DNA from: a virus | Length of the DNA stretch: 64,000 nt | Strand: one strand, 5' to 3' | IMG/VR virus record: IMGVR_UViG_3300032053_011398 | Shown here: in pieces, positions 43,338 through 53,756 of the stretch | Layout of the letters: each line of letters starts with the position of its first letter | Position numbering within the stretch: position 1 is the first letter of the stretch | Notes under the pieces: model-generated | The model's input: the letters and a program-made list of their open reading frames with translations, nothing else | What the model was told of the DNA's origin: nothing | The model's database searches: none | Made by a program: the position numbers and the translations under genes

Positions 43338-44255
43338 TCAGTGCGGGTTGTTGAGTTGGCTAAGCCGGGAAGCCAGGCCAGCTCGCCCGGCCTTTGGCGG
43401 CATCTTGGGTGTCGTAATGGCCGTGGCGGTGGGCTTGTCTCCGAAATCATGGGTTTTGAGAAAGGATACCGGCACTGGCGTTTTCACGTCATACCCATTC
43501 GTGGTGACCGCCTTGAAAACGTAACACTTGTTCCCCAGTGCCTCAACCAGAGCCATGCCCAAGTTGAGCGAGTTTTCGACGACCGACATCTGGACGTATT
43601 CCTGGCGGCTGTGCATCCTGAAGTAGCCCGCAGGCAGGTTCAAGCACGGAAAGTCGAATTTCCGCTTGAGGACCGAAACGTCGGTGTAGGGATGGTGCTG
43701 CCAGTTCGTGGCACCGAACTTCTGGAGCTGGGGCCAGATGGCCTCGAAGAACGGCCCCTGAGTCGGGAACAACTGGGTGCCGTCGCAGGTGAAAGTCAGG
43801 ATGTCGTCGCATGGGCTGTCGAACTCCAGCACGTAGCCCACACTCAGGAACCACTCCTCCAGGCAGTGGCGCGAGCCGTGACAACCGTTCTCCTCCGAGA
43901 CGAAAAAAGCTGCCTTGCAAATCGGGAGCTGTTCGAGCATCTGGAGGCAGAGGTAGATGCCACTTTTGTCGTCCCCACCACAGCCGACCTGCTCCTCCGT
44001 CCAATCGGTCGCAAAGAGTCTGTCGCCCTCTTCGTGGATGATGACGTTGGTCGGTTCGTGGACCGTATCCGTGTGGGCCGCGACGCATGGATAGACTACC
44101 GCCACGCCTTTGGTGACGTAAATGTTGCCTCGTGGGTCTCTCCTGGCGACGCAGTTCGTGGCCTTGAAATACTCCATAAGCCATTCCAGCATAAGGGTTT
44201 CACGCCCAGTAGCGGTCGGCACTCTCAGCAGGTCTTTCAGCAATCGCTTATTCAT
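43338..44255 (-). CDS. M20/M28/M42-clan metallopeptidase-like protein
   Basis: AHTDTV, GGDDKSG, SEENGC, H..QEY. Confidence 0.82.
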   Translation of the reverse strand: MNKRLLKDLLRVPTATGRETLMLEWLMEYFKATNCVARRDPRGNIYVTKGVAVVYPCVAAHTDTVHEPTNVIIHEEGDRLFATDWTEEQVGCGGDDKSGIYLCLQMLEQLPICKAAFFVSEENGCHGSRHCLEEWFLSVGYVLEFDSPCDDILTFTCDGTQLFPTQGPFFEAIWPQLQKFGATNWQHHPYTDVSVLKRKFDFPCLNLPAGYFRMHSRQEYVQMSVVENSLNLGMALVEALGNKCYVFKAVTTNGYDVKTPVPVSFLKTHDFGDKPTATAITTPKMPPKAGRAGLASRLSQLNNPH

Positions 44256-44357
44256 TCGAGAGAAAAGTAAACTATTTCCACTCCGGCGTCAAGAGGGTTG
44301 TGAAGATTTTTCACTGGGCACCCGGTCCACCAATTTCGTTCTCAGGAAGAGACGATT

Positions 44358-44960
44358 ATGAACTATAGCCAGAATAACGAAGAAACGGTGATTTTGAGCC
44401 TGCTGAAGACCCCCGGCTACAGCAAAGGGCGCTTCCTGGACATTGGAGCTTACGACGGAAAAACCTTCAGCAATACGCTCCGCCTGGCCGAGCTGGGCTG
44501 GGCCGGAGTCTGCGTTGAACCCTCGCCGACCGCGTTCACCGGCCTGATAAAGACTCACCAAGCCAACCCGGAGATCATTCTCGTCCAGGCTGCGGTCAGC
44601 GTGGATGGCGGATGGCTCGATTTTTACGACAGCGGCGGCGACGCCGTATCGTCCTCCGATCTGGCGCACATCGAGAAGTGGCGCACCAATGCGGGCGTCA
44701 AGTTCACCCGCTTTTGCCTCAAATCAATTTCCATCGGGGAATTGTTTACAAAATTCGGGAACAACTACGATTTTATCAATCTCGATGTCGAGGGGCTGAA
44801 CTGGGAACTATTCCAGGCACTTCCCTGGGAATTCCTGACTCGCACCCAAATCATCTGCGTGGAGCACGACTTCCACGCAGAAGAGATGGCCAAACTGGCT
44901 CTAGGCTACAGCTTCAAAAAGGTCGCGGTGAACGCCGAGAACTTAATCCTCGCCAAATGA
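44358..44960 (+). CDS. FkbM-family methyltransferase
   Basis: YSQNNEE, FLDIGAYDGKTFSNT, VEP, LDVEG. Confidence 0.88.
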   Translation: MNYSQNNEETVILSLLKTPGYSKGRFLDIGAYDGKTFSNTLRLAELGWAGVCVEPSPTAFTGLIKTHQANPEIILVQAAVSVDGGWLDFYDSGGDAVSSSDLAHIEKWRTNAGVKFTRFCLKSISIGELFTKFGNNYDFINLDVEGLNWELFQALPWEFLTRTQIICVEHDFHAEEMAKLALGYSFKKVAVNAENLILAK

Positions 44961-45682
44961 GATGCGTTGTCAATTACGCCAAGGCTGCCCCGTGGCCCAA
45001 CCTATGGTATCCACGCGGGCAGCAACGGCTGGAGCGCAGTTTGTCCGACCAGGGCTGGAACGAGGGCGTCTTGCTGTTCCGTGATGAGTCGGAACTGGGC
45101 GTGCCGCCGCACGCGGAGCTGCCCTATGCCTTTAAAGTCGCGGCTCTGCGAGTGGCAGCCAAGCGGGGTTACACGTCCCTGCTGTGGACGGATGCTTCGA
45201 TCTTTGCGATCAAACCGCTTAATCCGGTGTTCGAGCACATCGAGAAGCACGGCCATCTGTTTTTCCATGCGGGATTCAACTGTGCCCAGTGGACGAACGA
45301 CCGGGCGCTCTCAATCCTGGGCGTCACCCGCGACGAGGCCGAAAAGATTCCGATGCTCATGGCGCTGTGCCTGGGCCTTGACCTGCGAAACGAGCGCACC
45401 CAGCGGTTTCTCGATAAAATCGAGTCCATCATCCTCCATACCGAAGCGGTGCGCGGGGGTTGGACGAACGAGAACAAGCAGGAATCGGCTGACCCGCGCT
45501 GCCTGGGACACCGGCACGATCAATCGGTTGCGAGCATCATTGCCGGGCAACTCGGCATGGCGCTGGAACCTCCTGCCCTCATGAACTACTATGGCCCGCA
45601 GTTGTATCAGTATGGCTGGCCCAACGACATGAGCAGAATTGCCGACAGCGTGGTGCTGCTGGCACAAGGGATGATGTCATGA
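44957..45682 (+). CDS. GT-A-like protein, paralogue 1 (start MRCVVN)
   Basis: YAFK, LLWTDAS, GHRHDQSV. Confidence 0.65.
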   Translation: MRCVVNYAKAAPWPNLWYPRGQQRLERSLSDQGWNEGVLLFRDESELGVPPHAELPYAFKVAALRVAAKRGYTSLLWTDASIFAIKPLNPVFEHIEKHGHLFFHAGFNCAQWTNDRALSILGVTRDEAEKIPMLMALCLGLDLRNERTQRFLDKIESIILHTEAVRGGWTNENKQESADPRCLGHRHDQSVASIIAGQLGMALEPPALMNYYGPQLYQYGWPNDMSRIADSVVLLAQGMMS

Positions 45683-46353
45683 AAAGGTGCATCATCAATG
45701 TGGCGGTCGGAGGCTGGTATCCACGCGGGCAACAACGGCTGGAGCGCAGCATTCATCAACACGGCTTCCAGGGCGACTTCCTAGCTTGGGAAGGGAAGTA
45801 TCCCCCTGGCAGCCCGCCGCACGCGGAGCTGCCCTACGGCTTCAAATCTTACGCTTTCACCGAAGCCGTTAACCAGGGCTACGAAACGATTCTCTGGCTC
45901 GACGCCTCCTGTTGGGCTATCAAGCCCTTGGAGTTGCTGTTTGACCACATCGAACAGGAAGGCCACGTCTTTTCCTATGAAGGCTGGTGGGCCGGTCAAT
46001 GGCTAAAAGACCAAGCCTTGGCCAACATGAGCATTAGCCGCGACGACGCCCTCAAGGTGCCGCTGCTCGGCGGCATGTTCATGGGCATCCACCTGATGCA
46101 CGAACGCTCGCGCAAATGGCTGGAGCAGTTCATCACCATCTGCCAGAACGGCATGACTCTGCCCGGCCAACCTAGAAATGTTGACCACTGTGTTTCGCAG
46201 GACGACCGTTGCCTGGGCCACATCGCCGATCAAGCGGTCGCTTCGATCCTTGCCTACCGTTTAGGCATGGAGATCACGCATCCCCCGAAATGGCGCGACT
46301 GGGCGCGTCCAGACCCCGATCCCTCGACCGTAATCCTAGCCGCAGGCATGTAG
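45679..46353 (+). CDS. GT-A-like protein, paralogue 2
   Basis: YGFK, ILWLDAS, GHIADQAV; shares WYPRGQQRLERS and PPHAELPY with paralogue 1. Confidence 0.65.
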   Translation: MKRCIINVAVGGWYPRGQQRLERSIHQHGFQGDFLAWEGKYPPGSPPHAELPYGFKSYAFTEAVNQGYETILWLDASCWAIKPLELLFDHIEQEGHVFSYEGWWAGQWLKDQALANMSISRDDALKVPLLGGMFMGIHLMHERSRKWLEQFITICQNGMTLPGQPRNVDHCVSQDDRCLGHIADQAVASILAYRLGMEITHPPKWRDWARPDPDPSTVILAAGM

Positions 46354-46355
46354 TT

Positions 46356-46910
46356 ATGTATATCGTTGAAGGTTCATTCACTGGACTCCACGGCACAGAA
46401 ATCGAAGTTTTCCGCCGCGTGCTTCAGGGCACGGGCGGAATTGGAGTGGAGATTGGCTGCTGCGATGGCTACAGCACGGTCAACATCCTGGCGGTCTCCG
46501 ATCTTCACTTGACCAGCATCGACCCATTCATCGTCGATCCGGTCGCGCCCTGCCTCCAAGGCAAGCTGGAACGATTCCAGACAAATCTAAAACCGTTCGG
46601 CGAACGCATCACGCTGCTCCAGGACTACTCCTGGAACGTGGTGAAGACCTGGAAAACCCCGCTGGACTTCCTGTTCATCGACGGCGACCACCGCTACGAA
46701 AGCGTCCTGCGCGACTTCAACGAGTGGACACCCTTGATTAAAACTGGGGGCATCCTGGCCATGCACGATTCCCGCATGGGGCGGGCAGGCGGAGCCACTT
46801 TCCATCCCGGCCCAACGCGGGTCGCACGCGAACAAGTTTACGACCAGCCACACCGCTGGGCGATCATTGGCGAAGCGTTTTCACTCACCGTAGCGCGTAA
46901 AATCACATGA
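46356..46910 (+). CDS. SAM methyltransferase (Methyltransf_24-like; start MYIVE)
   Basis: VEIGCCDGYS, DFLFIDGDHRYESV, GGILAMHD. Confidence 0.85.
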   Translation: MYIVEGSFTGLHGTEIEVFRRVLQGTGGIGVEIGCCDGYSTVNILAVSDLHLTSIDPFIVDPVAPCLQGKLERFQTNLKPFGERITLLQDYSWNVVKTWKTPLDFLFIDGDHRYESVLRDFNEWTPLIKTGGILAMHDSRMGRAGGATFHPGPTRVAREQVYDQPHRWAIIGEAFSLTVARKIT

Positions 46911-47728
46911 AAATTTTCGTAGGATATTCCATTTGGTGCCAACAGGATATGCTCAGTTATCTGCTCGAAGGCATCGTGGACAACTTCGACCCGGATAAAA
47001 CCGAACTTGGCTTTGTGTTTACAAAGCCAGAAAACCCCGCTTTTGACGCCTTTAACTGTATGCACTATTTTTGGTTGACTGAGCGCGGATTCAAATTCGT
47101 GCCCAACCAACCAAAACCGCACGATACGAAATCTTTCAAATTCATAGCGATCAAAGCTGACCACGACCTTACAGAATGTGGCGGTCACAATGTGCTTTTA
47201 CGCTATTTCATGGAGCAAACGGACTGCGACGTGATGCTAGCGCCGCAAGATGACACGCGCTTTTTACAGCCTGTTCATCAAGAGCTAGAGACTGTTTTGA
47301 AAAGGTATGGGGATAAAATCGGTTTAATCGGCAGCCGCGACGGATTTAGCACACTCGGATTTCAGGACACAGCCAGCTCATTTTGGTCCAATTCAAATCC
47401 CCCTCCAAAAATCTACTTAAAACACGGAGAATGTGCCGAACGCACCCTTTTCAACTCAGGACCGGTCACATACCCCCGGACTACGGTGCAAAAAGTTGGC
47501 TATCTTGACGAGCTGTTTACTGCCTGGAACATTTGGGTGGATTACGGATGGCGGTGCAAAAAAGCAGGTTTAACCAGCGTCTCTATGGGCATGAACGTCC
47601 GTCACTACAAGTTTGGACGGCAAGATCAATCTTGGATTTACGACTCCGTAGATGGCGTAGTTTGCGGATATACAGCGAAAGATAACCGCTATTTGCTTCA
47701 GAAGCATCCAGACTTGATGCACACCTAG
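46907..47728 (+). CDS. GT2-like glycosyltransferase
   Basis: PQDD, KVGYLDE.F, DYGWR. Confidence 0.7.
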   Translation: MKIFVGYSIWCQQDMLSYLLEGIVDNFDPDKTELGFVFTKPENPAFDAFNCMHYFWLTERGFKFVPNQPKPHDTKSFKFIAIKADHDLTECGGHNVLLRYFMEQTDCDVMLAPQDDTRFLQPVHQELETVLKRYGDKIGLIGSRDGFSTLGFQDTASSFWSNSNPPPKIYLKHGECAERTLFNSGPVTYPRTTVQKVGYLDELFTAWNIWVDYGWRCKKAGLTSVSMGMNVRHYKFGRQDQSWIYDSVDGVVCGYTAKDNRYLLQKHPDLMHT

Positions 47729-47744
47729 CCAACAGGCTCGCCAC

Positions 47745-48422
47745 GTGTTTGACTACACCGAAATACCGACTGAAAATCTTAGGGCTTTAAGCCGCTATCC
47801 ATACTTAAACCACATCCAGCGCGGCTTTCAAACTTACCTCATTACCTGCACCATCTTGCGCGAAAACGTGCCCGGAGCGTGCGTGGAGTGCGGCGTTGGC
47901 AGCGGTGGAATGCCCGCAGCTATGGCTTTGGCGATGAAACAACTTAAAATTCGCCGACCTATCCATCTGTTCGACAGCTTCGAGGGAATTCCACTGGCTG
48001 GCCCCAAGGACAAAGAACAACCTGGCATAGGAAAAATCACAACAGACGTGCTCCAGCCAATCGAAAAACGGTTAGTCAGCAGCAAGATAGCAACTTGTTC
48101 CGTCACCGATGTAAAAAACTACTTGGCAAAGTGGGGCTTCCAGGACTATGAGTTTTACTTTCATGTGGGCTGGTTTCAGAAGACCATGCCTGGCACAAAC
48201 ATTGGACCCATTGCTTTCCTCCGCTTAGACGCCGATCTTTACGAATCCACAGAATGCGCCCTTCAGCATCTTTACCCCTTTGTTTGCCCTCAAGGTTTTG
48301 TTTTTATTGACGACTGGGGTCTGGCTGGCTGCCAACAAGCCGTAAAAGATTACTTTACAAGTCAACCTTCAGTTCCCTGTTATCAGTTTGAAGAATTTGG
48401 AGCTGCTTACTGGAGAAAATAG
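47745..48422 (+). CDS. TylF/MycF/NovP-family sugar O-methyltransferase
   Basis: VECGV..G, LFDSFEG.P, GWF..T, LRLDADLYEST, IDDW. Confidence 0.9.
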   Translation: MFDYTEIPTENLRALSRYPYLNHIQRGFQTYLITCTILRENVPGACVECGVGSGGMPAAMALAMKQLKIRRPIHLFDSFEGIPLAGPKDKEQPGIGKITTDVLQPIEKRLVSSKIATCSVTDVKNYLAKWGFQDYEFYFHVGWFQKTMPGTNIGPIAFLRLDADLYESTECALQHLYPFVCPQGFVFIDDWGLAGCQQAVKDYFTSQPSVPCYQFEEFGAAYWRK

Positions 48423-48423
48423 T

Positions 48424-49053
48424 ATGGGCATCGTTCCTACCAGCTTAGATTTCCTGAACCGTCACCTTCCCTTGGTTGGCGGATTAAACAACTGCCGCAT
48501 GATGGAGCTGGGCAACCAGCAGATGTATTGGCACCCCAACATCCCCGAAGGCAGCGCGGCCAAATCCTGGTTTGAGCGGATGGGTGCCCGGCACACGTCC
48601 ATCGACAGCAATGGCGAACTCGGCTCGATCAAGCTCGATCTGTCTCTGCCAATTGAAAGACCGGAGTGGATTGGCACGTTCGACGTGGTAACCGACTTCG
48701 GAACCGGTGAGCACATCGGAATCAATGAACACATCAGAAAGCCCCTGGAAGGTCTCTACCAATGCCGGGCCAACTGCCATCGCTGGTGCCGCCTGGGCGG
48801 CATCATGCTGTTCATGAACCCAAAGACAGGCCACTGGCCGCTTCACGGTTTCCACTACTTTACAGTGGCCCACTACCAGCAGTTGGCCGAAGCCTGCTCA
48901 TACACGACTCTGGAACTTTCCGAGCACCCCTCCGGTGGAAACTACGTGGACGGCTTGCAGATTCACGCCGCGTTACAGAAGGTAAGCGACGTTCCCTTTG
49001 TCACGCGGGAGCGGTTCACCGAAATTTGCAACAGCACGGTCTTCCCAGCTTAG
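48424..49053 (+). CDS. Methyltransferase-fold protein (start MGIVP)
   Basis: MELGNQ, DLSLP, FDVVTDFGTGEH. Confidence 0.75.
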   Translation: MGIVPTSLDFLNRHLPLVGGLNNCRMMELGNQQMYWHPNIPEGSAAKSWFERMGARHTSIDSNGELGSIKLDLSLPIERPEWIGTFDVVTDFGTGEHIGINEHIRKPLEGLYQCRANCHRWCRLGGIMLFMNPKTGHWPLHGFHYFTVAHYQQLAEACSYTTLELSEHPSGGNYVDGLQIHAALQKVSDVPFVTRERFTEICNSTVFPA

Positions 49054-49108
49054 GGCAGCGCATTAAGCAGTGACTTGTGATCTCCAGATTGGCGCTCGCG
49101 TAGCCGGT

Positions 49109-49483
49109 TCACCGAATTTTCATGGACGAGAGCCGATGCGCGTCATCATCCTTGACCTGGCCAGCGGAGTCTTCGCTTAAGACACAGGGCCAAACCGCAC
49201 CTTCATATATGACGGTGCAACCTATTAAATCAGGATTCTTCACCGTGGGCGAAGGGTTGCTTAGGACGCGGCAACACAAGCCCGCGCTTTCATCCTCCCT
49301 GGGATCGCCCAAGACAATACAGTGGTCATCCTTCATGAGCGCCCGGAAGGGCTGATTGCGCAACATCTTACCGTCGCGCAGAATGTCCACGCGGCGCAAC
49401 ATCGTGGTTTGAATCGCTGCCGCGCCCGTGGCAGTAGCCAGAAGCGTGAGCAAGCCCGCCCGGAGAAATAAACGTCTGTTCAT
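49109..49483 (-). CDS. Hypothetical protein with Tat-like signal peptide
   Basis: MNRRLFLRAGLLTLLATATGAAA. Confidence 0.55.
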   Translation of the reverse strand: MNRRLFLRAGLLTLLATATGAAAIQTTMLRRVDILRDGKMLRNQPFRALMKDDHCIVLGDPREDESAGLCCRVLSNPSPTVKNPDLIGCTVIYEGAVWPCVLSEDSAGQVKDDDAHRLSSMKIR

Positions 49484-49514
49484 AATGGGGTCAAAGGTTT
49501 TTATCGTTGCAAAT

Positions 49515-50132
49515 CTATTTGGCGGATGGTGGTGCCCCGGCAACCGCGATCTCTTTGGACGGTTCAGCCGGGAGAGTGTCATGGATGAAGTAAATCTGCA
49601 TCCACCGGAACACATAGTCAATGATCGAGGAGGCGCTGCGAATTTCCGGGTTAAGTGTCAAGCCGGACGGCTCGAACCGCTGGTTGCTGAACTTGGTCGA
49701 GAGCGTGCTGATACCCACCCCATATTGAAGCGCAATGCTCGTCATGCAGCCGATGGTGTCCATCAAGCCGCCGATGGTGGAGCCTTCCTTGGCCATCGTG
49801 ATGAACAGTTCGCCCGGCGCACCGTGGTCATACATGCCCACCGTCATGTAGCCCTCGTGGCCCCCAACCGTGAACTTATGCGTGACAGCGCGACGGGTGT
49901 CCGGCAGCCGCTTCCGCACCGGCACTCCGATTTTGTCCTTCAAGTTCTCGTTTTCTCCTGTGAGTTTGAAGATGCGAGCATTCAGAGCGTCATTCTGGTC
50001 GGCAAACTCCTTGTTTTGAACGAGAAGCCGGTTAGCATTGACCAACGCGCTGTCCATCTGCTCTTTGCTTTCAGCCAATCCTTTTTGATAGGCGGCTTCG
50101 AGTTGATCGGACAGGTCTTTTCCGTGTTTCAT
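49515..50132 (-). CDS. Stand-alone class II RNR (NrdJ) C-terminal TSCPD-like domain with N-terminal coiled coil
   Basis: RKRLPDTR.AVTHKF.VGGHEGY, PGELFI.MAKEGST, FEPSG, ASSIIDYVFRW. Confidence 0.8.
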   Translation of the reverse strand: MKHGKDLSDQLEAAYQKGLAESKEQMDSALVNANRLLVQNKEFADQNDALNARIFKLTGENENLKDKIGVPVRKRLPDTRRAVTHKFTVGGHEGYMTVGMYDHGAPGELFITMAKEGSTIGGLMDTIGCMTSIALQYGVGISTLSTKFSNQRFEPSGLTLNPEIRSASSIIDYVFRWMQIYFIHDTLPAEPSKEIAVAGAPPSAK

Positions 50133-50266
50133 GCCCTATAGAACGGAAAAGCACGCCAAGGTGCTACGGTGCCAACCCGAACAGTGCGGGCGCTTACCTG
50201 CCAACATCGAACAAAAATTTCCTCGTGCAAGGCCCTGTTGCTGCCAACGTAGCACATGTTGTCTGC

Positions 50267-52597
50267 CTAGTCGCTAAAATTATTTATTACGCATTCCCCG
50301 ATCCGCAGCAGCTCGGTCTCGACGGCGCTGGCCATCTTGCTGGTGCTCCCCGGCGTATCGAGAGCCACGCGGTTGACCGAAGTGACGCCAATTATCGCCC
50401 TGACGACCTCGGTGATGTTGGACTTGGAGCCGGTAATACCCGCGATTTCACTGCCATAGATGGATGCTTCCACCGAGAGGCCGTCGCCCCAAGATCGGAT
50501 GGCCGAGCGGATTTCCCGGCGCTTGCTCTGCGACGTATTGCCCGCGAAGCCAACGTAAACATTCACCAGTTTGTCCGAAGCGTAGCCGCTTACTGGGATC
50601 AACTTCATGCTCAAATCGCCGGGGACACCCTTGATCCAAAGCGCAATTGCGCCGGTGAGCAGGTTGATGGTGGACGGATAGGCGAGGTCGCCGCTGAGAT
50701 TTTCGCCAAAAACCTGGGCAGTGCCGGGGATGATGCCTGGCTGAATCGTCAATTCCTTGGTGCCCAGGAACATTCTGAGCGACCAAGCCGAAATTGGATA
50801 AACCACCAGTTGGGCGGAGTAGAGACTGATCGAAACCAGGTCGTAATTGCTCCAAATCGGCGTCCCGCTGGCCTGCTTGCTGAGGCCATAGATGTATTCG
50901 GCATTCGGCTTCGTCCACAACTCCAGTGAGTTGGACGGGTAAAGGTCGGAAGTCGGGGTGGACATGGCGATGGTATCGACGCCGTAAACTTCGTCGAGCG
51001 CCCGCACCAAGTTGGAGTAGGGCACCGGCTGGCCAGGGCGCAAAATGTCCACAAAACTGTTCAGCGTGTCCTGCACCAGCAGCCCGGTATCCGTGACACT
51101 GAAACCCTGGAAGACCTTGTAACGCATACTGACGGGGATGGGCCGGGCGGTGCCATCGCCGATCCGCACCAGGTCGGTGCCCAACGCCTTGGTCTGCATG
51201 AAATTCTCCAGCTCAATCTTCTGCGAAGCGTTCAGATTGACCAGGCTGCCAACGGGGCCGCTCGTCCAGGCATAGATGAAGACGATGTTGCCCTCCAGGA
51301 GGGCATTTTCCGTCCTCACCGTGGCACGGGCGAAGACCACGCCAGGGTAACTCATCGCCATCGTCTGGTAATCTTCCAAGGTTACCGACCGGTCATTGGC
51401 ACGGGTCATGGCCGGAATGTTCACCCGCGCTTCCTCCAGCGTCTCGGCCTCGCGCCCACCCGTGCCCGCGCTGGTTGTGTTGGTGATCTGAATGGTAATG
51501 GGATTGGTGGTCGAAGCGATCAGAGCCGTGATAGATGTGTTGATCGAATTGAGCGCGATGTTGCCAGCCGTGCCGCCGCCGACCCGGTAAGCCGCGTTGA
51601 TCGTGGCGTCAGTCGGAATCATCAAGCCCAGGGTGCCATCACCGAAAATGATGAGCGGCTGACCGGACGCGGTGGTCTTAAACACGTAGTCCGTAGAATC
51701 GACCGTGGACTTGGCAAAGCTGATGACCTGGTTCCAGGCTGAGCCATTGACGAAGACATCGACCGATCCATCAATGACTGGGGTCGTGCTGAGCTTGAAG
51801 ACGAACGCAGGCGTGGCGTCGGACGGGGAAACGAAGCTGTCCCGAACGGTCAGCCCTTGGAGGCAGTTGATGCGCTGGTCGTAGATCGTAGCTGTCGCGC
51901 TGGCCTGGACAGCACCGGCGTAAGGAGTGGCCAAGACGAGCCGGTTGTTGCTGACTGCGCCGGGCGATGCCTGGATGTCCGAGATCAAGTAGGTCGCAGC
52001 CTCGCCATCGACCTTGAAAACCTGGCCCGCTTGCACGAAGTCGGCCAGGTTAATGGTCGTGTCCAGCAGATCGGCATTGCTCGATCCAGGCGTCACGTTG
52101 ACGAACGTGGAAAGCACGGATGCGCCGGGGGTGGAAGGCGAAATCGTGGCTATCGGGGTGACCGGCGTCGTGTTGCCGGGAAGGATGAAATAGTCCTTCT
52201 CGACCTCGAACGCAATCGAGTCCTGGGAGGAACTGCGGATGACCGTCCCTTTGGCGATGGTGACCGTGGCCGAAGATAGTGGGGCAGTGATAGACGCCTC
52301 GCACGCCACGCTCGCCGCTGTCGGTCCTCGCAGCTCGTAGCCGGTGAGGCTGCCGATGTTCACGGCGGACTCCCTCAAGGTCATGGTGTTGACGTAATTC
52401 TCGCCCGCCGCCCGGTTGACCAGGAAAGCCATCGTGGCGGTTGACCAGGCAATCAGATCGACCAAAACGATCCCGAAAGAGTTGTTCAAGAAGTCGTTCC
52501 AAACACGGGGGTAGCGGGCGCGAACGCGCTGGAGGAGCGCATCCTTGTGTGCCTGATAATCGACGCGGATAAACCGAAGGCTGTTTTCAGTCGCCAT
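50267..52597 (-). CDS. Baseplate wedge protein (T4 gp6 / baseplate J-like)
   Basis: WNDF...FG, FGDG..G.IP, YRVGGG.AGN, GG.EAETLEE, R.VTLEDY. Confidence 0.88.
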   Translation of the reverse strand: MATENSLRFIRVDYQAHKDALLQRVRARYPRVWNDFLNNSFGIVLVDLIAWSTATMAFLVNRAAGENYVNTMTLRESAVNIGSLTGYELRGPTAASVACEASITAPLSSATVTIAKGTVIRSSSQDSIAFEVEKDYFILPGNTTPVTPIATISPSTPGASVLSTFVNVTPGSSNADLLDTTINLADFVQAGQVFKVDGEAATYLISDIQASPGAVSNNRLVLATPYAGAVQASATATIYDQRINCLQGLTVRDSFVSPSDATPAFVFKLSTTPVIDGSVDVFVNGSAWNQVISFAKSTVDSTDYVFKTTASGQPLIIFGDGTLGLMIPTDATINAAYRVGGGTAGNIALNSINTSITALIASTTNPITIQITNTTSAGTGGREAETLEEARVNIPAMTRANDRSVTLEDYQTMAMSYPGVVFARATVRTENALLEGNIVFIYAWTSGPVGSLVNLNASQKIELENFMQTKALGTDLVRIGDGTARPIPVSMRYKVFQGFSVTDTGLLVQDTLNSFVDILRPGQPVPYSNLVRALDEVYGVDTIAMSTPTSDLYPSNSLELWTKPNAEYIYGLSKQASGTPIWSNYDLVSISLYSAQLVVYPISAWSLRMFLGTKELTIQPGIIPGTAQVFGENLSGDLAYPSTINLLTGAIALWIKGVPGDLSMKLIPVSGYASDKLVNVYVGFAGNTSQSKRREIRSAIRSWGDGLSVEASIYGSEIAGITGSKSNITEVVRAIIGVTSVNRVALDTPGSTSKMASAVETELLRIGECVINNFSD

Positions 52598-52734
52598 ATT
52601 TTTAACTACCGATCACCAATCGGCCAGGGATCGCCCGCTGCCTTGGCCACGGCAGCGATCTGCTCGTCCAAAGTCGTTCTTTTAGGTGGTCAGTGCGGAC
52701 CATGATGGCTAAAAGTTTGAGGGTATGCGAAGCA

Positions 52735-53139
52735 TCAGAGCATGAAGATTCCACTGGGACCGTCGTCCCAGTGGATTCGCACCACGTTGCCCTGGGGCGC
52801 GAAGGGCAACCCGTGCGCAGTATCCAGGTAGGCGACCAGCTCCGACGTGCTTTCCGTCCCCGTATCGTGGAATACCACCAATGCCGTGATGTCCTGCCCA
52901 AAAACCGGCCCGACCACTACATCATCAGCTCTGGCCACGCCGTCCGTGGCCGTTTTGCCCGACAGCGGCCCGCTCAACACCACCCGCGCTGCGACGGAGA
53001 TGTCCGCCAGGCTGCGGTGGACCGCCAAATTTACGGAATACTGGCGCGTATCAACCAGCACAACCCGAAACATTTGGTTGAGCCAATTGAGCTGACCGGA
53101 TAGGAACCGTTCTGAACTATAAACGTATCGTTGATTCAT
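52735..53139 (-). CDS. Hypothetical, possibly tail-associated protein
   Basis: 134-aa ORF upstream of the baseplate gene. Confidence 0.55.
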   Translation of the reverse strand: MNQRYVYSSERFLSGQLNWLNQMFRVVLVDTRQYSVNLAVHRSLADISVAARVVLSGPLSGKTATDGVARADDVVVGPVFGQDITALVVFHDTGTESTSELVAYLDTAHGLPFAPQGNVVRIHWDDGPSGIFML

Positions 53140-53725
53140 GCCAAAATTAAAACTCTGCGCTTGTGGCTGTGGAGAACCAACTCCGCTGGCAGCACGTAAC
53201 CGAACGGATCGGTGTCAAATTAAAGGAAAACCGGTGCAGTATGCACCTTTTCATGCGAGAAAGACTCGTTCCGGGCCTCACGTATCTCCTGGAAAGAAAT
53301 GGTGTTACGCCTGCAAAGATGCAAAACCACTTAGCCAGTTTGCGCCTTCTGATCGCGTTAAATCTGGCAAAAAAGGGATTTGCAGACCGTGCAATAAAAT
53401 AAAATCGGCGCGGTGGAGAGAGACCAACCGCGACTACTTCCGGCTCAAAATGCGCCAATTTCATTTGAAAAAATTCGGTCTCACCGCTGCTAACTACGAA
53501 ACCATGCTCCAAAAACAGAATGGCCTTTGTGCAATTTGCGCTCAACCCGAAAAAGAGCGACGAAATGGCCGACTCAAGCTTTTGGCCGTGGACCACTCAC
53601 ATAAAACAGGCCAGGTGCGCGGTCTGCTTTGCGGGAAATGCAATCAACTCCTTGGAATATGCCGAGAAAATCGTGATTTCCTGAATCGGGCCATACTCTA
53701 CTTGGAAAAGTGGCACGCCGATTGA
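53138..53725 (+). CDS. Endonuclease VII-type homing endonuclease
   Basis: CACGCG, QNGLCAIC, LAVDHSHKTGQVRGLLCGKCN. Confidence 0.88.
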   Translation: MPKLKLCACGCGEPTPLAARNRTDRCQIKGKPVQYAPFHARKTRSGPHVSPGKKWCYACKDAKPLSQFAPSDRVKSGKKGICRPCNKIKSARWRETNRDYFRLKMRQFHLKKFGLTAANYETMLQKQNGLCAICAQPEKERRNGRLKLLAVDHSHKTGQVRGLLCGKCNQLLGICRENRDFLNRAILYLEKWHAD

Positions 53726-53756
53726 ACTTGTTTACAAAATCTAGTTCTGTTGGAAT

